In this document: positions 14,075-43,018 of the stretch, in pieces
Layout: each line of letters opens with the position of its first letter
How positions within the stretch are numbered: position 1 is the stretch's first letter
Assembly (NCBI GenBank): GCA_002269645.1
Contig: NIVC01003362.1
Location: 38,131 to 102,130 of the forward strand
Length of the DNA stretch: 64,000 nucleotides
Reading direction: 5' to 3'
Source: Macrostomum lignano
Taxonomy: Eukaryota
Made by a program: the position numbers and the translations under genes
Notes under the pieces: model-generated
What the model was told of the DNA's origin: nothing
Database searches by the model: none
Seen by the model: the letters and a program-made list of their open reading frames with translations, nothing else

Positions 14075-14362
14075 AGCTTAAGATAAAAGTCAAACTGTGA
14101 CAAATCATTTTGCTCAACTAATTCGTAGCATTAGCTTAGCTACTTCGTCATTCGAATTTCTCATGACACATTCGTCATTTGCGAATCTCTTGACGCTTGT
14201 TTGAAGGAGAACAAATTTCAAAGTATGTGAAAACAATCTAAGTTGGAAATCATTGCACTCATTGTAATATATCGCAGTAACCACAGAAAATTTAGGAAAC
14301 TACGTGTTCATGTACATGTCGAAATAGATTTGCCGAGAATGTTGTACATTGCCTCGTAGTCC

Positions 14363-14682
14363 TGTAACCCCCTCTGTAACTTCTAACGGCCGCAGACTAG
14401 ATAGGGGTTCCACTAAAGGAAAATTACCCATCTAGTGGGGTGAACCCACGGTGGACCCAGACTAGAATATCCTAGTACGAGTCCCGGGGGTACACTGGTG
14501 AGGTTTTTTGGGAGGCGTCTTGATAGGCTGTCTTTGGACAAGAGGATTACGGGATTCACTATTATTCTAGAATCAGAATTCGAGAAGGGAAACCCGCCGG
14601 TTTTCTATTTTTAGACTGCAGAAGGGAAACCCGCCGGTTTTCTATTTTTAGACTGCAGGACCCCGAGGCTACCGAGTCCACA
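14363..14682. mobile_element. Possible solo LTR (TGT...ACA) with 5-bp direct repeat AGTCC
   Basis: Starts TGTAACCC and ends CCACA; AGTCC at 14358-14362 and 14683-14687; internal tandem duplication of about 37 bp. AGTCC recurs locally, so the TSD may be chance. Confidence 0.3.
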
Positions 14683-15989
14683 AGTCCTTAAGTCCAGTCG
14701 AGCTACGTACCATAGACCAGTGTTCTTTTCTTTTATGGAATCCCTGTCCGTTGCAAGCAATGCTCTGCCATGTAGCCACTAACCCGCCTAACCCTCTACA
14801 TAAGACTATATTGATATCACTCTTGCAACTTGTGCGTGCGTGAATGTAAATTGCAGAAAAGTGTGCTCCAAACAGACCTAGCCGCCCAACCCCAACTGTG
14901 CCCACCCCAAACTCCAAACCTGATAATAAAAATCGTTAACTTTGCAACCACCGATGTTGAACAAAGACTATTCCTATCTCCTCTCAACCCCCACCTCACG
15001 CCCCGTGGCCGCCACCCCCACGAATTTTGACCCACGAATGTACATTACAAAGAGGCCCCATATAGGCCTAACCCCACCCCAAACTGTGGCCTCCCTAACC
15101 TCCACAACCCCCCATTTTTAACGTTTAATGTACATCCCCCCGCACCCTGCGTCCTCTAAATACTTTTCAACTCCTGGCTTCTGGTTCTCTTGCCGTAATT
15201 GCCACAAGCATGCTTTAATTTATACTTTAATGCAATTACATTACACGTACATGTACATGTACATGTAGGGCTTCTGTAGCGCAAAGCAGCACCACAAAAG
15301 TAGGACAAGTATTTAATTTTAACCCAAGCATTTCAGCGCACCCATCCCAAGCACTGCAGTCTCGGCTTCGAACTCGATTAATTTCTTCCACAAAAAAGCA
15401 CTTTAAACAATCCATTTTGTCATTCTTCCTAAATCGCTATTTTGTTTTGCCGCTAGTTTTGACAGCTTTTCTTTTAGTAGCAGCAGTCCATTATTGCTGG
15501 AATTCGAGTTAAGTGGGACAACTGCTGAGTTATTGAATTCCTGCCCTGCTTTCTTTGTTATATTAATAAACATTTTTATATTGTTTGCTTTTGCCAGAAT
15601 TTTTTGCTGCCTAGCTATTGCACATCTCTTCTGCAAACGCGGAGAAGTTTCTGTCTTTTTGTTGGGCTTGCCTTTCAGTAATTAAAAGGTGAAGAATGTT
15701 GCTTGGCGTAACCTAAAATGATTACGAAGTATTAACAAGAATTTCATGCCTTTTTCAAACTGAGGCTAAAATTAAGGTAATATTGTTCTGTCTAGATTCA
15801 TTTGTAGTCACTAATCCCTTCTGGACAGATTAGTAGCACAACCAGTCACACTATTGGTCACTAAATTGGTGACACGTTTGCTCAAACGAACGGTCACATG
15901 GTTTATCACACAGTTAAACACACAATAAATCACCTTTGATCGCGTGATCGATCGGTCATGAGATTGGCCACACATTTTATCACAAGACT

Positions 15990-17005
15990 GCTCATACGGT
16001 TGATCAGAGGATTGGTCACACGGTTAATCATAGGATTGGTCACCTGTTCGATCATATTATTGGTCACACAGTTAATTTTAGGATAGGTCACACGATTGAT
16101 CATAGGATTGGTCACACGGTTGATTTTAGGATTGGTCACATGGTTGGTCATAGGATTGGTCACATGGTTGGTCATAGGATTGGTCACATGGTTGGTCATA
16201 GGATTGGTCACATGGTTGGTCATAAGATTGGTCACACGGTGGGTCATAGGATTGGTCACACGACTGATCATAGGATTGGTCACATGGTTGGTCATAGGAT
16301 TGGTCACATGGTTGGTCATAGGATTGGTCACATGGTTGGTCATAGGATTGGTCACATGGTTGGTCATAAGATTGGTCACACGGTGGGTCATAGGATTGGT
16401 CACACGACTGATCATAGGATTGGTCACACGGTTGGTCATAGGATTGGTCACACGGTTGATCATAAGATTGGTCACACGGTTGGTCATAGGATTGGTCACA
16501 CGGTTGGTCATAGGATTGGTCACATGGTTGGTCATAGGATTGGTCACATGGTTGATCATAAGATTGGTCACACGGTTGGTCATAGGATTGGTCACACGGT
16601 TGGTCATAGGATTGGTCACATGGTTGGTCATAGGATTGGTCACACGGTTGATCATAAGATTGGTCACACGGTTGGTCATAGGATTGGTCACACGGTTGGT
16701 CATAGGATTGGTCACATGGTTGGTCATAGGATTGGTCACATGGTTGGTCATAGGATTGGTCACATGGTTGGTCATAGGATTGGTCACATGGTTGGTCATA
16801 AGATTGGTCACACGGTGGGTCATAGGATTGGTCACACGACTGATCATAGGATTGGTCACACGGTTGGTCATAGGATTGGTCACACGGTTGATCATAAGAT
16901 TGGTCACACGGTTGGTCATAGGATTGGTCACACGGTTGGTCATAGGATTGGTCACACGGTTGATCATAGGATTGGTCACACGGTTGATCATAGGATTGGT
17001 CACAA
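15990..17005. repeat. 24-bp minisatellite (GGTCACACGGTTGGTCATAGGATT)
   Basis: About 40 copies, with a degenerate left flank back to about 15840. Confidence 0.96.
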
Positions 17006-18951
17006 GATGGCTCACACAGCGAAAATGAGGAACTTCGCAGCTCAGTGACGCTCCTGCATTTATAACGGATCACCGGACTCAATCTGCAATTCAGTGATCC
17101 GTTCAGCTTATAGGAAGCCAGCTCCAATTTGATGAAGGAGGCTGATCAGTTTACAATGTCGCAGGGAGAAAGTCTGAATTATATTGCCTGCATATCCGCC
17201 TTCGCTGCAGGCCTCGATTTTTTATACTTGGGAAGCGGCTTGAAAAGCGAACCAGACTTGGTCTTCAATCTTTTCCTACTTGGCGATGCAGCCAAGCCCC
17301 ATTCATCACCACCGCACTGTGACTCTCTGGTCTTCGCGGCATCGGACAAGGATATAAACCCGCGCCTGCTCCCGCTAGGCTTTTTTAGCAACTCTTTCTT
17401 TGAAAGAGAACATACGGAGAATTATCCCCTACCTGCTGAGAAACCGGAACAGCCGGAAGGGCCGGGCGGGCGGGAACACGAGAAACTGCTTGGGTGACGA
17501 GGAAGGCCCATTGTGAGCTTGAGTCCTGTGTCCGTCAGCCGGCGCCATGGGATGAAGCATCAACCAACCAATCTTCTCAATACCAGCTCCAGCTTCTTTT
17601 ATCCATCCACATCTTTCTTTATTCCTCTATTTTTCCTTCTCGGCACCTCTCGCCCCCATGCGGCGAGGACAAGCTTATCCCATTCTATAGTTTATTTTGC
17701 CGCGACGTGTTTTTAGGGTGGTTCAAAAAATACTACTCTATGGTGAGTCTTCGGGATTGCGAAGGAAAGGATAGGAAAGAATGTAGTCAGTTTTCCTGAC
17801 TACTGGTGATACTGTGTACAAGACAGAGCAGCTCAGTGGTAAACATTAATTTGGGATTTGAGCACGAAAGGACCAACACCCAAGGCAACAGAGAGTGTAC
17901 ATGCCTGTCGATTAGAAACTAGAAAATCAAGGCTGCTGTACACCCTGTGTGAGCGTGGGCCTTCGTACAGTTACAGAATTTAAAAATCATTTGAGGAAGC
18001 AGGTACAAGCTCGCACCAAACCATCGATAACCCAGTCTGTATGGCGATTCTTTCTTGGGCCACCCTCTCTGCTCCCGCCTGCACCCAACACCTACCGCTC
18101 AGTTTCCCTGAACTTGTTGTCGGCTCTCAGTGGTGAATCGGGTTCTGAGACGGGGGTTGTTGGGCGGGTGGCAGGCGCTATCGCCCCTCTCTCCCGGCCA
18201 GCACGCTACACCGACACTGAGAGCCCGCCCTGCCGCCTCCTCCCGTGCCACTGGGGCTGCAGGAATCGGAAATGTTGCCCCCAACGAATGCATTGACGCC
18301 GCTGCTGGAAGCTGAAAGGCCCGATGACGGAGGCTGGGAGCCTAAGAGTGGGAGGGGGGAGGGGGGCCCTCACAAAGGGCGACCCCGGTATTGGAGCGCT
18401 GTTTGATGCCCCGGAGGGTCCCGTGACCAGCTGGGAGCCCAACTTCCACAAGTCGTAAGTCATGTCACCGGGGGCGGCCCCCGCTGGCGTCTCCATTCTC
18501 TCGGCCGCCCCACCCCCCGCTCTTCCACAATACAAATGCTGGAGTCCCGCGGCCTCTGCGCTCTCCGATCCGCCTCGCTCTCTTTGGTTATTATATATCT
18601 GCTGCTTTCGGTCCCCCAGCTTCAGACAGTTGGGAAACGAAAATTCTTGTAGAATAAGTCGCAAGCTAAAGATTTGAACTTGACCCAGCAACCGGCTAGC
18701 GACCGAACCGAGGAAGCAGCAGCACTAACACTAACCGTCGGAGGTAAGCGTCGGGGCTGTCGTTTTTAGCTCTGGAAATATTTTTGCTCAAAAATCATCT
18801 GCTGCTGTCAGCTCTCCATCAAGAGGGCTGGATGCCTCCCCCCCCCCACCCGGATTTAGACGGATTACGCGTCTGTGCAGCTGGAGTTGAAATGCATGCC
18901 AACGGCCTACTGACCCCTCGATCAATAATGCACTCCGGTTGCCGTAGCAGC

Positions 18952-19215
18952 ACTAATAATAATATTGGGCAGATGCGCAACCGACAGCTCAGCCGCAGCT
19001 ATTGCTGCGTACGGCTGTTCAGTCCAAGGACTGGGGGGGTCGCCACACACACCCTCAATAACCCCAGCTAATGCTGGCTACCATTTTACAGCTGGGTGGA
19101 CTGAAGCAATGCAGAGTTAAGTGCCTTGCTTAGGGGGCACAAATTGTTCCGATTGGGTCGAGAATCGAACCCCCGACCTTTCAGCCGTGAGTTCGACGCT
19201 CTGACCACTAGGCTT
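18952..19215 (-). mobile_element. tRNA-derived CORE-type SINE
   Basis: The minus strand reads A-box TAGTGGTCAGAGC and B-box GGTTCGATTC, then GTGCCCCCTAAGCAAGGCACTTAACTCTGCATTGCTTCAGTCCACCCAGCTGTAAAATGG (similar to the CORE domain), with an (ATT)n tail near 18952-18965. Confidence 0.7.
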
Positions 19216-20587
19216 CAACAACCCCCTACTCTGAATCTGGATCTGAACCTACTCAAAGCACAAAGCAATTTTATTAGACTTGTCCTCCGTATGAACAGTG
19301 GTCTGAAGACAGCTATTAGCTTACTTAAAGTAGTCAGTTCCGGTGGGAGAAGAGAAAATATCTGGCCAAAATTAGTTTCAGCGGGTTGGGAGAAAAACTA
19401 ATTTCTTTTTTCCTTACAGCTCATCCCGCTAGGAAGGGATTAGGGGAGTTTTAATTTTTATAAGACCAGGTGAGAGAGACAGAGAGAAGACAGGTCGACT
19501 TTCAGTCAGACGACATCCCATCTTTCATTCTCGCAGCTAGCTGGGAGCTCGTTATCCCATGGGGTCTGGGCGGTGGGGATTCTTCCCCCCCCCAGCCTCT
19601 AATGAGGCGCGGGTTTCAGAAGTGCGCGCGACTGGGCCAGCGCCGACTCTCCCGCTGCGCCATTGTCTGTCCGGGGGGGGGGGCGGCTTAAGAGGCAGTC
19701 GGCGGGAGCAGAAAGGGCAAGGGGGAGGCTGGCCAAGGCGCCCCTCATCCCCGAGAAAACTCAGCATGTCCGAAGGGCAAAACCGGAATGGAGGAGATGA
19801 AGAAGCAGGAAAAGTTGATAATGGTGATGCCGCGCGGCTCTCAGCTGGATGAAGCAATGGAGTCTGGGGAGGGGAAGTGTACTGCAGTGGGAGGAACAAA
19901 CAAATTCTCTCATGGTGAGCATGCCGTGCATGCGGCAGCGCCTCCAGCAAGATGGGGATCTAATATTATTCTTGCTGGTTTACTCAGCATGGAGACTTCT
20001 GCTCACCACTGGATGGGAACTCAAGAGCCGGAACTCTGCTCAGCGAGAGAGAGGAGGGCGAGAGCAGCCTTGAGGATTTGGAGACTTTTTGTCACCGGGA
20101 AGAAACTAGAAGGGGGAAAATTGTGAACGGGTTCTGATCCCCGGCAACTGCAGCTGCTACTGGTCTGCACCCAGCATCTCAAATGTCGACCCTCCCTCGG
20201 CAGCCTACCGGAATGGGGAGAATTCTCCCACCCCTCTTTTCCTCTCTTGGCCAACCCTCAGAAACTGCCCCCCCCCCAATCCACCCACTCTGCTCCCCTG
20301 GTTCTGCCGGCCCTTATTCGCCAGCTTCCCAACCTGAAATTCCCGACCTGGGAAGGCGAGAGGCTGGCAGAGCTGCTTCAACAGAGAGGCGCCCCAGCGG
20401 ACTAATCAGGGTTGGCGCCACCTGCTGGCCTCGGGTTTCAGTCACTGGCTGGATTATTAACTCGATTCGCTCCGCCGGAGACCGCGCTTTGCTCAGTTAT
20501 CAACAAATCTCCGGTGGAGAATGCGAGCGGAGGAGGTGAGAGGAAATTGAGGTGAAAATTGAAACTCAATGACCTTCAGTTGCCGTC

Positions 20588-20618
<31 letters not shown>

Positions 20619-21004
20619 GGTTGTTGATATCGCATGGCACCGCCGAACCATGGGTGAGTTGCAGAGAATATCGAGTGACTGCCTGTGTGACGCAAGCAGC
20701 CGATACAGCTTCCAAGAAGGGATTGCAGAGCACAAGGCACAAATTGGTGCAATGTAGCTCATAAGATGTAAGATGTACAATACTTCAAGCAGATTCCATC
20801 TGACACAGTGAAATGCATCAATGATCATTGAATCTAATCTATTTGGACATTTGCTGTAATTAGTTGCACTTTTACTTGCTCAGTTAGCGGGTCCCTGCAA
20901 ACAGAAGTGCTCCCGCCCACTGCTTCAATCCAAGTAAAAATTAATTTGTACCATGTCAGTTTTCTACAGACCAATGACGATACATTATCCAGTAGACTGA
21001 AAAT

Positions 21005-22148
21005 CATCAGCACAATGACCCATTCTCAACCAAAAGCATGACCATCAGCACAATGACCCATTCTCAACCAAAAGCATTACCATCAGCACAATGACCCATT
21101 CTCAACCATAAGCATGACCATCAGCACAATGACCCATTCTCAACCAAAAGCATTACCATCAGCACAATGACCCATTCTCAACCATAAGCATTACCATCAG
21201 CACAATGACCCATTCTCAACCATAAGCATTACCATCAGCACAATGACCCATTCTCAACCAAAAGCATTACCATCAGCACAATGACCCATTCTCAACCATA
21301 AGCATGACCATCAGCACAATGACCCATTCTCAACCATAAGTATGACCATCAGCAAAATGACCCATTCTCAATCAAAAGCATTACCATCAGCACAATGACC
21401 CATTCTCAACCATAAGCATTACCATCAGCACAATGACCCAATCTCAACCATAAGCATGACCATCAGCACAATGACCCATTCTCAACCAAAAGCATTACCA
21501 TCAGCACAATGACCCAATCTCAACCATAAGTATGACCATCAGCACAATGACCCATTCTCAACCATAAGCATGACCATCAGCACAATGACCCATTCTCAAC
21601 CAAAAGCATTACCATCAGCACAATGACCCATTCTCAACCAAAAGCATTACCATCAGCACAATGACCCATTCTCAACCATAAGCATGAAAATCAGCACAAT
21701 GACCCATTCTCAACCAAAAGCATTACCATCAGCACAATGACCCATTCTCAACCATAAGCATGACCATCAGCACAATGACCCATTCTCAACCATAAGTATG
21801 ACCATCAGCAAAATGACCCATTCTCAATCAAAAGCATTACCATCAGCACAATGACCCATTCTCAACCATAAGCATTACCATCAGCACAATGACCCAATCT
21901 CAACCATAAGCATGACCATCAGCACAATGACCCATTCTCAACCAAAAGCATTACCATCAGCACAATGACCCAATCTCAACCATAAGTATGACCATCAGCA
22001 CAATGACCCATTCTCAACCATAAGCATGACCATCAGCACAATGACCCATTCTCAACCAAAAGCATTACCATCAGCACAATGACCCATTCTCAACCAAAAG
22101 CATTACCATCAGCACAATGACCCATTCTCAACCATAAGCATGAAAATC
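21005..22148. repeat. 37-38-bp minisatellite (CATCAGCACAATGACCCATTCTCAACCATAAGCATGAC)
   Basis: About 30 copies, with a duplicated block of variants. Confidence 0.96.
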
Positions 22149-22804
22149 AGATACTTGAGTGCTCAAGCTGCTCATGCAAGCAAGCAAACTCGAACCAAAC
22201 CCAGTCAGGCCTGGAAAAGCAGGGAGTTCCGCTGCGGAGCCCCAGCAACACGCATAATTCCTTGGCTACATGGACACCTAATTGGAAATTCGATATAAGC
22301 CCAGAGCCAGGGGCTGATGCAGACCAGAGGCTGGGCAACTAAGCAAGAGTTGATGTCGTCTCCCCTCACTCCGGAGCCAGGGCTAATTTTTGAGGGATCA
22401 CACGCGGAGCAACAATCGCTCACTGAGCATGAATACGTGCTCCAGAGCCGCTGTCCCTGAGCAGCTTTGCCTGCCTGCCTGCTCAGAGTAATTGGATAAA
22501 ACGCCGGCGGTCTGCTCTGCTCTTGTTTGCTGGAGAATTGCAAAAGAGAAAGCGGTAGGGATGCAGGAAACTGTAGAAACATAGGCAGAGCGCATCTATC
22601 CCAGCCGCTTGACGTGTAGATGGAGTTTTCTGGCTGGCATAGCACAATCAATGATTCAACAGAGTGGGATGTGCAGAGGGACACTTGGTGGTGGATGCTT
22701 TGCGTTGTCGTGTTTCTGTAGAAATTAGCATTCCCATTTCTTAACATAGGAGGGATACTTTTCGATGAAGCCTGATTAAGGATTTTAAGAATTTAAGGTA
22801 ACAG

Positions 22805-24128
22805 GGTTGGAGGGTAGAGGGTTGGAGGGTAGAGGGTTGGAGGGTAGAGGGTTGGAGGGTAGAGGGTTGGAGGGTAGAGGGTTGGAGGGTAGAGGGTTGG
22901 AGGGTAGAGGGTTGGAGGGTAGAGGGTTGGAGGGTAGAGGGTTGGAGGGTAGAGGGTTGGAGGGTAGAGGGTTGGAGGGTAGAGGGTTGGAGGGTAGAGG
23001 GTTGGAGGGTAGAGGGTTGGAGGGTAGAGGGTTGGAGGGTAGAGGGTTGGAGGGTAGAGGGTTGGAGGGTAGAGGGTTGGAGGTTAGAGGGTTGGAGGGT
23101 AGAGTGTTGGAGGGTAGAGGGTTGGAGGGTAGAGGGTTGCAGGGTAGAGGGTTGGAGGGGAGACGGTTGGATGGTAGAGGGTTGGAGGGTAGAGTGTTGG
23201 AGGTTAGAGTGTTGGAGGTTAGAGTGTTGGAGGGTAGAGGGTTGGAGGGTAGAGGGTTGGAGGGTAGAGGGTTGGAGGGGTAGAGGGTTGGAGGGTAGAG
23301 GGTTGGAGGGTAGAGGGTTGGAGGGTAGAGGGTTGGAGGGTAGAGGGTTGGAGGGTAGAGGGTTGGAGGGTAGAGGGTTGGAGGGTAGAGGGTTGGAGGG
23401 TAGAGGGTTGGAGGGTAGAGGGTTGGAGGGTAGAGGGTTGGAGGGTAGAGGGTTGGAGGGTAGAGGGTTGGAGGGTAGAGGGTTGGAGGGTAGAGGGTTG
23501 GAGGGTAGAGGGTTGGAGGGTAGAGGGTTGGAGGGTAGAGTGTTGGAGGGTAGAGGGTTGGAGGGTAGAGGGTTGCAGGGTAGAGGGTTGGAGGGGAGAC
23601 GGTTGGATGGTAGAGGGTTGGAGGGTAGAGTGTTGGAGGTTAGAGTGTTGGAGGTTAGAGTGTTGGAGGGTAGAGGGTTGGAGGGTAGAGGGTTGGAGGG
23701 TAGAGGGTTGGAGGGGTAGAGGGTTGGAGGGTAGAGGGTTGGAGGGTAGAGGGTTGGAGGGTAGAGGGTTGGAGGGGTAGAGGGTTGGAGGGTAGAGGGT
23801 TGGAGGGTAGAGGGTTGGAGGGTAGAGGGTTGGAGGGTAGAGGGTTGGAGGGTAGAGGGTTGGAGGGTAGAGGGTTGGAGGGTAGAGGGTTGGAGGGTAG
23901 AGGGTTGGAGGGTAGAGGGTTGGAGGGTAGAGGGTTGGAGGGTAGAGGGTTGGAGGGTAGAGGGTTGGAGGGTAGAGGGTTGGAGGGTAGAGGGTTGGAG
24001 GGTAGAGGGTTGGAGGGTAGAGGGTTGGAGGGTAGAGGGTTGGAGGGTAGAGGGTTGGAGGGTAGAGGGTTGGAGGGTAGAGGGTTGGAGGGTAGAGGGT
24101 TGGAGGGTAGAGGGTTGGAGGGTAGAGT
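22805..24128. repeat. 15-bp G-rich minisatellite (GGAGGGTAGAGGGTT)
   Basis: About 88 copies; a block of variants near 23085-23230 is repeated near 23530-23670. Confidence 0.97.
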
Positions 24129-24234
24129 GTCAGACCGGAGAGAGGGCGGGAGCAGCGGAAGTCACATACAGAGCGATAGCAGGAAACAAGTAAAATTCTT
24201 GAATTGAATCACCGCAGAGCAGAGTCCTTCAGGT

Positions 24235-24250
24235 CTCATGACGTCATGAG
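24235..24250. promoter_or_regulatory. 16-bp perfect palindrome containing a full CRE (TGACGTCA), upstream of the dopamine transporter
   Basis: CTCATGACGTCATGAG about 810 bp 5' of the ATG at 25062; an ETS-like GCGGAAGT lies at 24155-24162. Function not shown. Confidence 0.3.
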
Positions 24251-25061
24251 GTCGGTCTCCCGCTGAGCGAGGGGCAGGCGGGCCCCAGTCTTTGATCGCG
24301 GCCATGATGCAGTTCGTCCAAATGGTCGCGGAAAAAAGATTGAATTAAGCTCAGCGGCAGCGGAGAGGCTGGTAGTGCGGGATTGCATTAGCCAAATTGG
24401 CCCGGCCTCCCTGTCTATCCAGACCGCCTCCCCGCTGCCAAGTCTCCACTCTCGCTTTTAGCATTCGTGTTCAATTAAACGAACGGAATCCCAGCTCCCA
24501 TTTATCCAGATTTCCCCCCGCCCCCGCCCCCGAAGTCTCTTGAAAGATTGCCTTGGTGTAGAAAAGGAAATGACAGGGGATCGGATTAAATCCGCCGGGC
24601 AGATTCTCGTTCAGCAAATATAGAAATGGGGATCACATTTGAAGCCTCGGCGCTCAGACAGGTGTGTGAGAGAGAGAGAGAGGGAAAGCAGGTTGCCTTA
24701 TTAGTCGATTCGAGTTTCACCTGTCTCTACACCCCTCTGTAATGAAATTTCTCTACCAAAAAATTTCCACCCAAACCCAACTGCTCTACTGCGAGTAGGG
24801 CATGCCGAGTTTCGCTCTCAAAAAGCCGGCGCAACCTCAGAAAATAGCATGAGTTTCTGAGAGCCAATCAGCATTGAGCTGGAGAAAATTTTAACGGGAT
24901 GCCAATTGCATAAAAGACGGGAAACTTGTCAAATAGGCCGGGAATTCAAACCACCTGAGCGTTTGTTGACGATTGCTAGAACAGTTTGAGCAGTCGGGCA
25001 GACAGTCAAGCCAAGATTCTCGCGGCCCCGCGCGGGCCTGTGAGATGTCCACTTGCCCATC

Positions 25062-40800
<15,739 letters not shown>

Positions 40801-41974
40801 CACCTGACAATTAACTATAATTGGCGGCAGATCTGAGTAGCATCATGAGTAGCAGTCATAGCAACAAAATTGCCACTTTGTTTCAATTTTGTTTAAATTC
40901 TGTTTTGATAAAAAAACGAAACAACCCAGACAAGAGTAAAGCTATTTGAAGAACAAAAATGACCTAGTTCTTAGGATGACGCGGACTCGTGCCAGATGCC
41001 AACAGGATCGGATAAAATATGATACATAACGTCAGTTAAACCATAATTATTGTCAAAAATGGTTCCTGAAATTCACTCTTCATGTAAGCATCGCAATTCC
41101 TAGCTTAGTTTTAGATGTACTTTTGACAACGTTTTCTCAGCAGATATTTGTTTAAATTTAGCTATATATTTATGCACTCCGCTCCCGTTGTATGTTATTT
41201 TTTGCCCGGATACCAATTGACACTCGAAGAACCTATATCTATATATATATGCATAATTATTAGTATTACACAAATAGCTCCTATCATTATTGGATGCATG
41301 GTTCTCGAAAACTAGCCTGCTGTCATGCCACTGTTCATCTCGTCCAAAAATAAGCGGTCTATTCTCAATATTCTTTGGCTATAATTTGTGAAAAATATTC
41401 TCTTTAGGAATTGTGAATTATGTTTATTGATATGGAAACTATGAATTCAATATGCGAAATCTTTTAATTTGCTCTAACCTACGAGTACATAAAAATTTTC
41501 TGAACGAACGCTGTAAACTTTGTGGCATGATTAGCAAAAACTTTTTAGATGTCTCCAGCTCCCCTAGTGAGCGGTTGAACACCGGCCGAACTTATTGTTT
41601 AGTCCAATTGGCTTTGATCCGATATAACTTTAATAGAGTTTTTCTGCATAACCAGTGCTTACAAAGTAGCCAGCTTCAATAGCTCAATATTTTCTAGAGG
41701 TGCGGAATTCCGTTCAATGCGCGCCATCTTTTCCAGCTGTTTATCTCTTTATTCTGAAAATTTGAGTTGACTCATGGATTAGCCCGAAGAAGTTCATTAT
41801 GAAATAAATTTAGATGAAAAACGTGTGAAGTCTCTCTCAGCTAATGTTCTTAAACCAGTCTTAATAATTCTATCCTAAAGTTGTAGTAGAACTAAGAACT
41901 ATAATCACTTAAATTTTTCCCCTGACTTCTACGAGCGTCTCCGCCTTTCTCTCTTCCATCACACAGTATCTCAT

Positions 41975-42632
41975 CTCTTCTATGCTATGTACACTGCAGT
42001 CCGCCTTCCATCTCTCCTATCGCTCAGTATCTCATCTCTTCTATGCTATGTACACTGCAGTCCGCCTTCCATCTCTCCTATCGCTCAGTATCTCATCTCT
42101 TCTATGCTATGTACACTGCAGTCCGCCTTCCATCTCTCCTATCGCTCAGTATCTCGTCTCTTCTATGTACACTGCAGTCCGCCTTCCATCTCTCCTATCG
42201 CTCAGTATCTCATCTCTTCTATGCTATGTACACTGCAGTCCGCCTTCCATCTCTCCTATCGCTCAGTATCTCGTCTCTTCTATGTACACTGCAGTCCGCC
42301 TTCCATCTCTCCTATCGCTCAGTATCTCATCTCTTCTATGCTATGTACACTGCAGTCCGCCTTCCATCTCTCCTATCGCTCAGTATCTCATCTCTTCTAT
42401 GTACACTGCAGTCCGCCTTCCATCTCTCCTATCGCTCAGTATCTCGTCTCTTCTATGTACACTGCAGTCCGCCTTCCATCTCTCCTATCGCTCAGTATCT
42501 CGTCTCTTCTATGTACACTGCAGTCCGCCTTCCATCTCTCCTATCGCTCAGTATCTCGTCTCTTCTATGTACACTGCAGTCCGCCTTCCATCTCTCCTAT
42601 CGCTCAGTATCTCGTCTCTTCTATGTACACTG
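41975..42632. repeat. 61/56-bp minisatellite (TGTACACTGCAGTCCGCCTTCCATCTCTCCTATCGCTCAGTATCTC...)
   Basis: About 11 copies, with or without a 5-bp TGCTA insert. Confidence 0.96.
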
Positions 42633-43018
42633 CTGGCCGTCTTCATTACCGGAGCATTGAATGAAATCCAGCGCTATCTACCAGCAATATTTGAACATAC
42701 TCTTTACTATACTCAGTGTATCCGTAAGAGATTTTCGGAAAACGTTTAGGGTGATATTTGCTCGAAAGGGCAATGAAGACAAAGACACTTTATAAACATT
42801 TTGAGAGTATGCCTGAAACAACAAAATAACTTCTTGCTCCACTGATTCATTCAATTTTCAGAGCAAATTTAAAACTTTGCTTTTTGCATTCTTGTGTATT
42901 CTCTTGCAAAACAAGTTTAAAAACTCATCTCTCAGTAGTCGCATATCCCTGTAATGAAACTTGTTTTCGTTCGTTTTTAGCCGGCGTAAAAAGGCCATCA
43001 GACTCCGATCTCAAAGCT

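Noticed and set aside
15930-17127. Four ORFs of 300-360 aa (VTNPM, IGLVT, CDQSYDQP, VGHRIGH)
   Set aside because: A stop-free 24-bp array open in several frames on both strands; no unique domain or splice evidence.
17030-17530. ORFs 17129-17497 (+) and 17179-17391 (-)
   Set aside because: Somewhat protein-like, but no recognisable motif or convincing splice or start context; left unassigned.
17900-20540. Many overlapping short GC-rich ORFs
   Set aside because: No motif in any frame I examined; probably decayed repeats or regulatory DNA.
22807-24207. EGRGL-repeat ORFs
   Set aside because: Translation of the 15-bp G-rich array.
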